Assembly: GCA_045654965.1 (NCBI GenBank)
Contig: JAZOOK010000155.1
Span: 1 to 43,809, forward strand
Length of the DNA stretch: 43,809 nucleotides
Direction of reading: 5' to 3'
Source: Candidatus Coprovivens sp.
GTDB taxonomy: Bacteria > Bacillota_I > Bacilli_A > RF39 > UBA660
Shown: positions 31,479 to 40,076 of the stretch, piece after piece
Numbering within the stretch: the stretch's first letter is position 1
Layout: the number at the start of each line of letters is the position of its first letter
Notes under the pieces: model-generated
Databases searched by the model: none
What the model saw: the letters and a program-made list of their open reading frames with translations, nothing else
Told to the model about the DNA's origin: nothing
Program-made: the position numbers and the translations under genes

Positions 31479-31672
31479 AGCAATGAAGGAAAGAGTACCT
31501 TTATCAAATATTATAGAGAGATTCTGGTTGGTGGAAAGAATTATAGAGGATATTGGGAACATGGCTCTGGAGTTAAAGCGTATATTTCGCGTTAAGAAAT
31601 AAAGTGTATGATAATTCATAAACTAAGGTGGTACCGCGGGTTTTTCTCGTCCTTAGATTATGAATTTTTTTT
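31479..31672 (+). ncRNA. T-box riboswitch, Met (AUG) specifier
   Basis: AGTA, AGAGAG and GGTGGAA stem I motifs; GAAC-ATG-G specifier at 31561-31563; T-box AAGGTGGTACCGCG at 31625-31638; metG downstream. Confidence 0.9.
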
Positions 31673-31688
31673 ATTAGGAAGTGATAAA

Positions 31689-32327
31689 GTGATTAAAAGA
31701 ATTATATTTGATCTAGATAGAACTCTTATTCCTTGGTTAGATGAATGGGATGCTATGGTAGAGAAGACTTATAATTACTTTAATATTCCCTTTGAAGAAG
31801 ATGAGTTTATTAGATTTCATCAAGTGATGGTAGATTATGAGAAGCATCATAAGAAATTTGATAAAAAGGACATGTCTAGATACTTTAGAAATAATCTTGG
31901 TAAAGAAATACCAGATATGTTTGTAAAAGTGTGGACAGGTTATTTAAGTGAGTGTGTACCTAAAAAAGATAAGAAGTTAATTGAATTATTGGAATATCTT
32001 AGTAGTAAGTATTCTTTAGTAGTAGCTACTAATTGGTTTTATGATCAACAAGTATCTAAATTAAAGAAATATGGAATATATAAGTATTTTAATGAAGTAT
32101 TAACAGCAGATAAGTATTACAAGAAACCTTATAAAGAAATGTATGAGAAAGCTTGTGAAGGTTTTGATAAAAGTGAAGTGGTTATGGTAGGAGATTCCTT
32201 TAAATCTGATATAAAAAGTGCCATGGATTTTGGAATATATTCTTATTACTTAACAACTACTGATCCTAGAAAAGGTAAAAGGTTTAAAAGAATAAGAACA
32301 ATTTATGAATTAAAAGAATATTTATAG
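31689..32327 (+). CDS. HAD-superfamily hydrolase, YjjG-like nucleotidase
   Basis: IIFDLDRTL, VATN, KKP, MVGDSFKSDI motifs; GTG start at 31689 (the track extension runs through the T-box). Confidence 0.85.
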   Translation: MIKRIIFDLDRTLIPWLDEWDAMVEKTYNYFNIPFEEDEFIRFHQVMVDYEKHHKKFDKKDMSRYFRNNLGKEIPDMFVKVWTGYLSECVPKKDKKLIELLEYLSSKYSLVVATNWFYDQQVSKLKKYGIYKYFNEVLTADKYYKKPYKEMYEKACEGFDKSEVVMVGDSFKSDIKSAMDFGIYSYYLTTTDPRKGKRFKRIRTIYELKEYL

Positions 32328-32338
32328 GAGGGATTATT

Positions 32339-32821
32339 ATGAGAAAGTTTGAAAAGATATCATTTGAACAATTTAAAAAAGATATTAAAGATGATAAAGA
32401 ACTTTATGATAGATATCAATTACCAGTTAGAAAGACTAAAGCATCAGCTGGTTATGATTTTTTAGCTATAGAAAGTTTTGAAATTAAACCTGGAGAAGTA
32501 AAGAAAATACCAACAGGTATTAAAGCAATGTATCCAGATGATGAAGCATTAATGTTATTTGTTAGAAGTAGCATGGGATTTAAGTGGAATGTTCGGATGT
32601 GCAACCAAGTTGGTGTTATAGATGCTGATTTCTATAATAATCTTGATAATGAAGGACATATGTGGTTTGCTCTACAAAATCATGGAGATAAAGTATTTAA
32701 AGTAGAAGCAGGTCAAGGATTTGGTCAAGGTATATTTATGAAATACTATACTGTTGATGAAGAAGAAGTAACAAATGAAAGAACAGGTTGGAGTGGAAAA
32801 CCTGATGAAAGAGGGAATTAA
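32339..32821 (+). CDS. dut: Trimeric dUTP diphosphatase
   Basis: SAGYDF, RSSMG, GVIDADFY, GQGIF motifs; motif V atypical. Confidence 0.9.
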   Translation: MRKFEKISFEQFKKDIKDDKELYDRYQLPVRKTKASAGYDFLAIESFEIKPGEVKKIPTGIKAMYPDDEALMLFVRSSMGFKWNVRMCNQVGVIDADFYNNLDNEGHMWFALQNHGDKVFKVEAGQGFGQGIFMKYYTVDEEEVTNERTGWSGKPDERGN

Positions 32822-32822
32822 A

Positions 32823-34364
32823 ATGGAAGATAAAAAATATTATATAAGTACTGCAATTGCTTATACTTCAGGAAAACCTCATATTGGAAATACATATGAA
32901 ATTGTTTTAGCTGATGCAATTGCTAGATATAAAAGATTACAAGGTTATGATGTTTATCTACAAACAGGAACAGATGAACATGGTGAAAAAATTGAATTAA
33001 AAGCTAAGGATGCTGGTGTAGAACCTCAACAATTTGTTGATGATGTAGCAAATACTATTAAAGATATTTGGGATATAATGAATACTTCATATGATAAATT
33101 TGTAAGAACTACTGATCCTCATCATAAAAAAGTTGTTCAACATATCTTTAAGTATATGTTTGATAAAGGAGATATTTATAAAAGTGAATATAAAGGACTT
33201 TATTGTACTCCTTGTGAAAGTTTCTGGACTGAAAGTCAATTAGTTGATGGAAAATGTCCTGACTGTGGTAGAGAAGTTCAACCAAAATGTGAAGAAGCTT
33301 ATTTCTTTAAATTATCTAAATATCAAGATCAATTAGAAAAATATATTGAAGAACATCCTGAATTTATACAACCAGCTGCTAGAAAGAATGAAATGATTAA
33401 TAACTTCATTAAACCTGGTTTACAAGATTTATGTGTTTCTAGAACATCATTTAAATGGGGAATACCTGTAGATTTTGATGATAAACATGTTGTTTATGTT
33501 TGGTTAGATGCATTATCAAACTATATTACTAATATTGGATTTGATTTTGATGAAACTACTGAAGAATTTAATTATAGATGGCCAGCTGATTTACATTTAA
33601 TTGGTAAGGATATTATAAGATTCCATACTATTTATTGGCCATGTTTCTTAATGAGTTTAGATTTACCATTACCTAAACAAGTATTTGGTCATCCTTGGTT
33701 AATTATGAGTGATGGTAAGATGAGTAAGTCTAAAGGTAATTTAATTTATGCTGATGACTTAGTAAATGAATTTGGTGTGGATGCTGTAAGATATTATTTC
33801 TTACATGAAATACCTTTTGCTGCAGATGGAATATTTAGTAGAGATTTATTAATTGAAAGAATTAATGGAGATTTAGTTAATATATTAGGAAACTTAGTTA
33901 ACAGAACTGTTAGCATGAATAAGAAATACTTTGATGCAGTAGTTCAAGAACATAATGTTTCTGAAGATCTAGATAAGGATTTAATTGATTCAGTATTAGA
34001 CTTGGGGAATAAAGTTACTGCTAAAATGGATGAATTAAAAGTTGGAGAAGCATTACAAGAAATCTTTGATGTATTAAGAAAATGTAATAAATATATTGAT
34101 GATACAATGCCTTGGGCTTTAGCTAAGGAAGAAGATAAGAAAGCTAGATTAGGTACAGTATTATATAACTTATTAGAAAGTATTAGAATATGTGCTGTAT
34201 ACTTAAATCCATTCTTAACTGATACTTCTGAAAAGATATTTAAACAATTAAATACTGAAGTTAATACACTTGAAAATACTTTAACTTTTGGTGGATTAGA
34301 AGTAGGTACAGTATTAGCTGAACCAGTTCATTTATTTGATAGAATAGATACTAAAGAGCAATAA
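32823..34364 (+). CDS. metG: Methionyl-tRNA synthetase, without C-terminal tRNA-binding domain
   Basis: PHIGN, TGTDEHG, YVWLDAL, KMSKS motifs. Confidence 0.97.
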   Translation: MEDKKYYISTAIAYTSGKPHIGNTYEIVLADAIARYKRLQGYDVYLQTGTDEHGEKIELKAKDAGVEPQQFVDDVANTIKDIWDIMNTSYDKFVRTTDPHHKKVVQHIFKYMFDKGDIYKSEYKGLYCTPCESFWTESQLVDGKCPDCGREVQPKCEEAYFFKLSKYQDQLEKYIEEHPEFIQPAARKNEMINNFIKPGLQDLCVSRTSFKWGIPVDFDDKHVVYVWLDALSNYITNIGFDFDETTEEFNYRWPADLHLIGKDIIRFHTIYWPCFLMSLDLPLPKQVFGHPWLIMSDGKMSKSKGNLIYADDLVNEFGVDAVRYYFLHEIPFAADGIFSRDLLIERINGDLVNILGNLVNRTVSMNKKYFDAVVQEHNVSEDLDKDLIDSVLDLGNKVTAKMDELKVGEALQEIFDVLRKCNKYIDDTMPWALAKEEDKKARLGTVLYNLLESIRICAVYLNPFLTDTSEKIFKQLNTEVNTLENTLTFGGLEVGTVLAEPVHLFDRIDTKEQ

Positions 34365-34376
34365 TATGCTCTTTTT
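34353..34376 (+). terminator. Intrinsic terminator after metG
   Basis: AAAGAGCA-ataata-TGCTCTTT followed by Ts. Confidence 0.75.
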
Positions 34377-34390
34377 ATTTTTGTGTTAAT

Positions 34391-34477
34391 TTATTTCCCG
34401 GGAAATAATTTAGTTGTGGATAATTTTGTAAAAAATCACTTTATTTCCCAAGAATTACTGTAAAACGCGGGAAATAA
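34391..34477. promoter_or_regulatory. Perfect NBS, perfect DnaA box and two NBS half-sites
   Basis: TTATTTCCCGGGAAATAA at 34391-34408; TGTGGATAA at 34415-34423; TATTTCCC at 34442; GGGAAATA at 34469. Confidence 0.85.
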
Positions 34478-34526
34478 TCTAGTTTAATCAACATAGTGTT
34501 TGCTATAATTAAAGGAGGTGATTGAT

Positions 34527-35279
34527 ATGTTTACTGATACACATTGTCATTTATATAATGAATATTATGAAGAAGGTATAGATTCTATTTATGAAAAAAT
34601 GAAAGCTTCTAATATTACAAGAGTTATTAACAACGGATGCGATGGCAAGTCTAATAAAGAAGTCATTGAACTGCTTGGGAAATACGATTGGATGTATGGA
34701 ACGTTAGGTATTCATCCAGAAAGCGCAGATACTTATACTGAAGAAGATTTAAAATATGTAGAAGAACATATTAATGATCCTAAGGTTGTTGCTATTGGCG
34801 AGATAGGTTTAGATTATTATTGGACTAAAGATAATAAAGATAAACAAAAGGAATTATTTGAATATCAACTTAAGTTAGCTGAAAAGGTGAATAAGCCAGT
34901 AGTTATCCACAGTAGAGAAGCCACACAAGATACTATAGAGATACTTGGGAAATATAATGTAACTGGTGTTATACATAGTTTTAGTGGTAGTTATGAGACT
35001 GCTTGTATCTATATTAAGAAAGGATTCTTATTAGGTATTAATGGTGTTATTACGTTTAAGAATTGTAATTTAAAAGATGTAGTAGAGAAGTTAGACTTGG
35101 GAAATATTGTTTTAGAAACAGATTCTCCTTATTTAACACCTGTACCTTATAGGGGAAAGAGAAACGATCCTTCTCATGTTTGGGAAATAGCTGAGTATGT
35201 TGCTAATCTTAAACAAGTTAGTATAGAAGAATTGTCAAAGGAAACTAATGGTAATATATCTAGGTGTTTTGACATTTAG
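34527..35279 (+). CDS. tatD: TatD-family DNase
   Basis: DTHCHL, GIHP, GEIGLDY, IHSR, ETDSPY motifs; TGcTATAAT at 34501 upstream. Confidence 0.95.
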   Translation: MFTDTHCHLYNEYYEEGIDSIYEKMKASNITRVINNGCDGKSNKEVIELLGKYDWMYGTLGIHPESADTYTEEDLKYVEEHINDPKVVAIGEIGLDYYWTKDNKDKQKELFEYQLKLAEKVNKPVVIHSREATQDTIEILGKYNVTGVIHSFSGSYETACIYIKKGFLLGINGVITFKNCNLKDVVEKLDLGNIVLETDSPYLTPVPYRGKRNDPSHVWEIAEYVANLKQVSIEELSKETNGNISRCFDI

Positions 35280-35297
35280 TATTTGATATGTTAGGAT
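35269..35297 (+). promoter_or_regulatory. sigmaA promoter for the 3D-domain gene
   Basis: TTGACA-17bp-TAGGAT with TG extension. Confidence 0.6.
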
Positions 35298-35322
35298 AAT
35301 TCTCATCTTTAGAGGTGGATTT

Positions 35323-35892
35323 ATGAAAAATTATTCATGGATAAAGATGGGGTTTAAAATAGTAAAAATTATTATGTTAACTGGATTAGTAGTTTTATTA
35401 TTAACGGCTAATTCAAGTAATAAGTTGGATTTTACTAAAAAATATGATTTTGTAGAGATAGTTGATATGTCTGCAAATGCAACCAAGAAAGAAGAAGAGA
35501 AGCCAGTAGAGAAGCCACAATCAAATGGTACTGTACTTGGTTCTTATAAAATAAAAGGTGACTTAACTGGATATTCAGCTGATTGTCCTGCTTGTTATGG
35601 TACGTTAGCTTGTAAGCCTAGTTATAAAGTTTATAAAAATGGTGTAGTTACTTATCCTGATAAAGAGTATGGTAATGTAAGAATAGTAGCTACTCATCAA
35701 AAGAATTTAAAATGTGGAAGTATTATTAAGTTTAATCTTAGTACTATTTCTAAAGAACCAGTTTATGCTATTGTTTTAGATAGAGGAGTTTTAGGTACTG
35801 ATGTTGATTTGTTAGTGGAAAACTCATCTGTTGCTTACAATAAGGTTGGTAGAAGAAAAATAACTTATGAAGTAGTAAGAATAGGTTATTAA
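35323..35892 (+). CDS. Membrane-anchored 3D-domain (YabE/Sps-like) cell-wall protein
   Basis: N-terminal TM; LTGY...VAT...GS...AIVLDRG...VDL pattern; occupies the yabE position. Confidence 0.75.
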   Translation: MKNYSWIKMGFKIVKIIMLTGLVVLLLTANSSNKLDFTKKYDFVEIVDMSANATKKEEEKPVEKPQSNGTVLGSYKIKGDLTGYSADCPACYGTLACKPSYKVYKNGVVTYPDKEYGNVRIVATHQKNLKCGSIIKFNLSTISKEPVYAIVLDRGVLGTDVDLLVENSSVAYNKVGRRKITYEVVRIGY

Positions 35893-35906
35893 AGAGGTGA
35901 ATAAAA

Positions 35907-36695
35907 ATGGGTGAATTTAAACATAAACATAGTTTAGGTCAAAATTTCTTAAAAGATAAAGGTGTATTAGCTAAGATAATTGATAGTGTAGATGTACAAG
36001 AAGATGACTTAATTATTGAAGTTGGTCCTGGTCAAGGAGCTTTAACTAAGTTTTTAAAATTATTTAAAGCTAATTTAAGATGTTTTGAAGTAGATACTAG
36101 AGTTAAGAAGTATTTAGATAGTTTTGAAGATGAAAAGACTAAGGTTATATATAATGACTTTATGAAAGTTGATTTAGAAGAAGAAACTAAAGATATAGAT
36201 TATAAAGATTTATATGTTATAGCTAATTTACCTTATTACATTACGACTCCTATTATAGAAAAAATGATTAGTAGCCCTCTTAATGTAAAAGCAATGGTAT
36301 TAATGGTACAAAATGAAGTTGCTGATAGATTAAGTGCTAAACCTGGTAGTAAGGAATATGGAGCTATTACAGTATATTTAAATTATTATTATAATGTGGA
36401 AAAGTTATTCTTTGTCCACAGGTCAGCATTTGATCCAGCACCTAATGTAGATAGCGCAGTTATTAAGTTATCTAAGAAAGATAGTGAATTAGAATTAAAG
36501 AATAAAGAATTATTCTTTAAATTAGTACAAGATTCATTTAAGATGAAAAGAAAGAATATTAGAAATAACTTAAAAGGATATGATTTAGATAAAATAGCTA
36601 AAGTATTAGAAAGTTATGGATTAGATTTAACAGTTAGAGCAGAATCTATTACATTACAATGTTTTGTTGATATGGCTAATGAATTAAGTAAGTAG
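35907..36695 (+). CDS. rsmA: 16S rRNA dimethyladenosine transferase (KsgA)
   Basis: SLGQNFL, EVGPGQG, ANLPYYI, PAPNVDSAV motifs. Confidence 0.97.
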   Translation: MGEFKHKHSLGQNFLKDKGVLAKIIDSVDVQEDDLIIEVGPGQGALTKFLKLFKANLRCFEVDTRVKKYLDSFEDEKTKVIYNDFMKVDLEEETKDIDYKDLYVIANLPYYITTPIIEKMISSPLNVKAMVLMVQNEVADRLSAKPGSKEYGAITVYLNYYYNVEKLFFVHRSAFDPAPNVDSAVIKLSKKDSELELKNKELFFKLVQDSFKMKRKNIRNNLKGYDLDKIAKVLESYGLDLTVRAESITLQCFVDMANELSK

Positions 36696-36712
36696 AGATA
36701 CTTGCTTTTTTT
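36683..36712 (+). repeat. 30-bp direct repeat copy 1 (rsmA terminator)
   Basis: ATTAAGTAAGTAGAGATACTTGCTTTTTTT; hairpin plus T7. Confidence 0.85.
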
Positions 36713-36781
36713 ATGTAAATATATTTCAGTTTAAGTTTTATTGCTGTATATAAATGTTATAATAAAAATAGGTGATAGTTT

Positions 36782-37411
36782 ATGAAAAGAAAATATATAA
36801 TTGGATTAATGAGTTTACTTTGTATAACTGGTTGTGCTTCTGTTCCTAGTTTGGAATATGATGGCGATGAGCTAATACATATGTGTAGTGAAACTGATTT
36901 AGCTTTATTTAATGATAATTTAGTTGTAGAACTTGATGATGAACAAAGCTTTGTTATTGTAGGTAATGATAATAAATTTTCTGAATATAAAAATAAAAAA
37001 GTGAAATTTAATAAAAAAGATAATTTAAACATTAAAACTTGTATGTTTGTAAGTTATGATGACATTGAAGATAATAAATTTGGTACTTCTACACCTTTAA
37101 TGTTTGGTGGTTCTGGTACTGAGTTAATAAAAGTAAGAATGAATGGTGAATATTCTTATAGAATTAAAGATATTCAAAAATACATTGATTATCATGGTGG
37201 AGATGATTTGTTAAGTGTAGCTATTAGAACAAATATTATAAGTGTTTATTCTGATTATATTAGAGATAACTATCCTACAACATCTATTGATCAATTATTA
37301 TCTAAAAAGGAATTTAACAATGACGAATTGAATGAACTTAATAAAAAAATAGTTGAATATGGTATTGAAATAACTGAAGTTGATATTGAATCAGCAAATA
37401 CTATTAAGTAA
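36782..37411 (+). CDS. Lipoprotein with SPFH/Band-7 (YdjI-like) domain
   Basis: Lipobox ITGC; KFGTSTP..VRMNGEYSYRIKD...YGIEITEVDIES resemble YdjI-type SPFH motifs. Confidence 0.6.
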   Translation: MKRKYIIGLMSLLCITGCASVPSLEYDGDELIHMCSETDLALFNDNLVVELDDEQSFVIVGNDNKFSEYKNKKVKFNKKDNLNIKTCMFVSYDDIEDNKFGTSTPLMFGGSGTELIKVRMNGEYSYRIKDIQKYIDYHGGDDLLSVAIRTNIISVYSDYIRDNYPTTSIDQLLSKKEFNNDELNELNKKIVEYGIEITEVDIESANTIK

Positions 37412-37432
37412 GTAGAGATACTTACTTTTTTT
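37403..37432 (+). repeat. 30-bp direct repeat copy 2 (terminator)
   Basis: ATTAAGTAAGTAGAGATACTTACTTTTTTT; 29/30 identical to copy 1, 720 bp downstream. Confidence 0.85.
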
Positions 37433-37460
37433 GTGATATACTCTAGATATTGAGGGAGTA

Positions 37461-38027
37461 GTGGAGTTTATGAAGTGTATAAAATGTAAGACAGATAATG
37501 TTCATAATGCTAATTTTTGTATGAAGTGTGCCTATGAATTTTCTGAAAAAGAACAATTTGCAGCTGAAAAATGGACTGTTGTGGGTATTTTAAAAAGAAT
37601 CGATAACTTGAAAGAAAAATTATCTTTTGGATGGTTACTAGATCATTGGGCGTTTAAGATTGGAACAACTGTAGGTGTTTTAGCTCTTGGCATTGGTTTT
37701 ATATTTACTAATGGTAGTGAATTTAAAATAGTAGAAAGTGATAGTTATACCGGGAAATATAACGAGAAATTAGATGAATATTATTTATATTCGAAGAATG
37801 AAGAAACAAATCTTAATTTATATATTCCAAGAAAGATAGATGGTTTAGTTATTAAACATTATGATGATAATCATAAGATTTTAAGTGATATTGAGTATGA
37901 ATCAGTAGATGACATTGTTTTAGATACTAATGGATGTAACGATTATTATACTTTAGAGGCTAAATATAATGAAAATGATAAGGAATTGATTAAACTATTC
38001 ATTTATCATGTAGAGGATGGTGAATAG
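37461..38027 (+). CDS. Zinc-ribbon + single-TM membrane protein (start may be 37470)
   Basis: CIKC...FCMKC; TM at GTTVGVLALGIGFIF; acidic C-terminal domain. Confidence 0.75.
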   Translation: MEFMKCIKCKTDNVHNANFCMKCAYEFSEKEQFAAEKWTVVGILKRIDNLKEKLSFGWLLDHWAFKIGTTVGVLALGIGFIFTNGSEFKIVESDSYTGKYNEKLDEYYLYSKNEETNLNLYIPRKIDGLVIKHYDDNHKILSDIEYESVDDIVLDTNGCNDYYTLEAKYNENDKELIKLFIYHVEDGE

Positions 38028-38913
38028 TATGGCTAAGAAAAATAAAATATATTGTGTTTATTGTGGAAAAGAAAACGTTTTAGATGATAATAAATGTAGT
38101 AGTTGTAAAAAGTTATTAAATCCAAAAAATAGACCTTTTAGAGATTATATGTTTGATAAATTAAAAGATAAAGTCGAAGGTGATATTCAAGATAATATCT
38201 TTTCTTTGATAGTTGAATTTATTAAAAGTCATTTATATGGTTTTGTAATAACTTGTTCAATTATTTTTACTGCTGGAGCTATTGTAACTAGTTTAATTGA
38301 TAAACCAAGTGAATTTGAAATTGTTGATAATAGACCTAATATAATAAGTAAGATAGAGTATAAGGGGAAAGGGCTGACTCCTGAAGAGATTGTTGTTAAA
38401 TATGGTGATGCATTGAATTCTGGTGATTTAAAAGAGATAAGAGCTTATGAATTGAATTCTTTTTATCCTGAATTATTTGAAGAATTAAAAGATAAGAAGG
38501 TAGAAAAGAATGGTGAAGTTAAGTATTCTTTCTTAAAAAACAATCAGTTATATGAGAACAGTGAAATGGTCTTTAAAATGGAAAAGGAATATGATGTAAG
38601 TTTTTATTATGGAGCAACTCCTAAAGGAAAATATGGTAATTATGAGTTTGTTAGACATCCTCTATATATTGAATATGGTTATCCAGATATAGTATATGAT
38701 CCTAATGATGATAAATCAGAAGCTTATGCATTTACTTATTCAATAGAATTTATTAAAGTAGATGGTGATTACTACATTAGTGGTACTCAATTAGATCCAT
38801 TTGTTTCTGATCAACATGAATTGATTTTTGATTTTTTTGTTAAGTATAATGGTGATACTAGTAAAATTACTTATAAAGAGATATCAAAAAGTATATCTGA
38901 GATAGAAGGTTAA
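38017..38913 (+). CDS. Zinc-ribbon + single-TM membrane protein (start may be 38029)
   Basis: CVYCG...CSSC; TM at LYGFVITCSIIFTAGAIV; large C-terminal domain. Confidence 0.75.
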   Translation: MVNSMAKKNKIYCVYCGKENVLDDNKCSSCKKLLNPKNRPFRDYMFDKLKDKVEGDIQDNIFSLIVEFIKSHLYGFVITCSIIFTAGAIVTSLIDKPSEFEIVDNRPNIISKIEYKGKGLTPEEIVVKYGDALNSGDLKEIRAYELNSFYPELFEELKDKKVEKNGEVKYSFLKNNQLYENSEMVFKMEKEYDVSFYYGATPKGKYGNYEFVRHPLYIEYGYPDIVYDPNDDKSEAYAFTYSIEFIKVDGDYYISGTQLDPFVSDQHELIFDFFVKYNGDTSKITYKEISKSISEIEG

Positions 38914-38922
38914 TATTTAAAT

Positions 38923-38956
38923 AAAGAAAAAGAACAAAAATGTTCTTTTTTTCTTT
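38923..38956. terminator. Inverted-repeat terminator
   Basis: AAAGAAAAAGAACA-aaaa-TGTTCTTTTTTCTTT. Confidence 0.7.
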
Positions 38957-39012
38957 ATTCTCTTATTTTGTAGTATAATTAAATTGCCGTTTAAGGGCTG
39001 TGAGGAGTAGTT

Positions 39013-39726
39013 ATGAAAAAAGTTTTAATGATTATACCTGCGTATAATGAAGAAAAAAGTATTGTTAAAACAGTAGAATCAATAAATAAAATAGAATCTA
39101 AGAAATATAAAATAGATTATGTTGTTATTAATGATGGATCTACTGATAATACTAAAAAAGTATGTAAAGATAATAATTTAAATTTCATAGATTTACCATG
39201 TAATTTAGGTATAGGTGGTGCCGTTCAAACTGGTTATAAGTATGCTCATTATAATGATTACGATATTGCTATACAGTTTGATGGTGATGGTCAACATGAT
39301 GCTAATTATATTGAAAAGTTAGCTAGTAATATAGAAGATGGTAATAATTTAGTTATTGGTTCTAGATTTGTTGCTGAAGAAAGTGAATTTAAGTCTACAT
39401 TTATTAGAAGAGTAGGAATTAATTTCTTATCAGGTCTAATTAAATTATGTACTGGTAAAAAGGTATATGATGTTACAAGTGGATTTAGAGCAGCCGATAA
39501 AGATTTGATTAAGTATTTTGCATTTAACTATCCTACGGATTATCCTGAACCAGATTCATTGGTACAAGTAATAAAAAAAGGATATAAGGTTGCTGAAGTA
39601 TCAGTTAAGATGAATGAAAGACAAGGTGGAACAAGTTCTATTTCAGGACTTAAATCTGCTTATTATATGATTAAAGTTTCGTTTGCTATCTTGATTGCTA
39701 ATATTTCAACAAAGAAGGAGAGATAG
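39013..39726 (+). CDS. GT2 polyprenyl-phosphate glycosyltransferase (DPM1/GacI-like)
   Basis: IPAYNEE, NDGSTD, NLGIGGA, FDGDGQH, DVTSGFR motifs. Confidence 0.92.
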   Translation: MKKVLMIIPAYNEEKSIVKTVESINKIESKKYKIDYVVINDGSTDNTKKVCKDNNLNFIDLPCNLGIGGAVQTGYKYAHYNDYDIAIQFDGDGQHDANYIEKLASNIEDGNNLVIGSRFVAEESEFKSTFIRRVGINFLSGLIKLCTGKKVYDVTSGFRAADKDLIKYFAFNYPTDYPEPDSLVQVIKKGYKVAEVSVKMNERQGGTSSISGLKSAYYMIKVSFAILIANISTKKER

Positions 39727-39727
39727 T

Positions 39728-40075
39728 ATGAATACGAATTTAATATTATTTTTAATTTGTTTTTGTATAGTATTTGGAATATATATATTTGTTAATATAT
39801 TTAAAAGAAAGATATCTTTGCAACATTCATTAATGTGGTTTATATATGTTATTTTAATGGTATTATGTTTAGCATTTCCAGCAATTACAGAAGTTATAAC
39901 TAAAATATTAGGTTTTGAGTTAGCTTCTAATATGGTGTTTTTCTTTGGTTTTGCAATATTAATAATCATTTGTTTCAATATGACAAAACTTATTTCTAAA
40001 GAAAAAGAAAAGGTTGTTATATTAACTCAAGAATTAGCAATATTAAAACATGAATTAAGTAAGAGAGAAAAATAG
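39728..40075 (+). CDS. DUF2304-family (GacJ-like) small membrane protein
   Basis: 3 TMs, SLMW, LGFELASN, C-terminal LTQELAI; follows a GT2. Confidence 0.8.
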   Translation: MNTNLILFLICFCIVFGIYIFVNIFKRKISLQHSLMWFIYVILMVLCLAFPAITEVITKILGFELASNMVFFFGFAILIIICFNMTKLISKEKEKVVILTQELAILKHELSKREK

Positions 40076-40076
40076 T

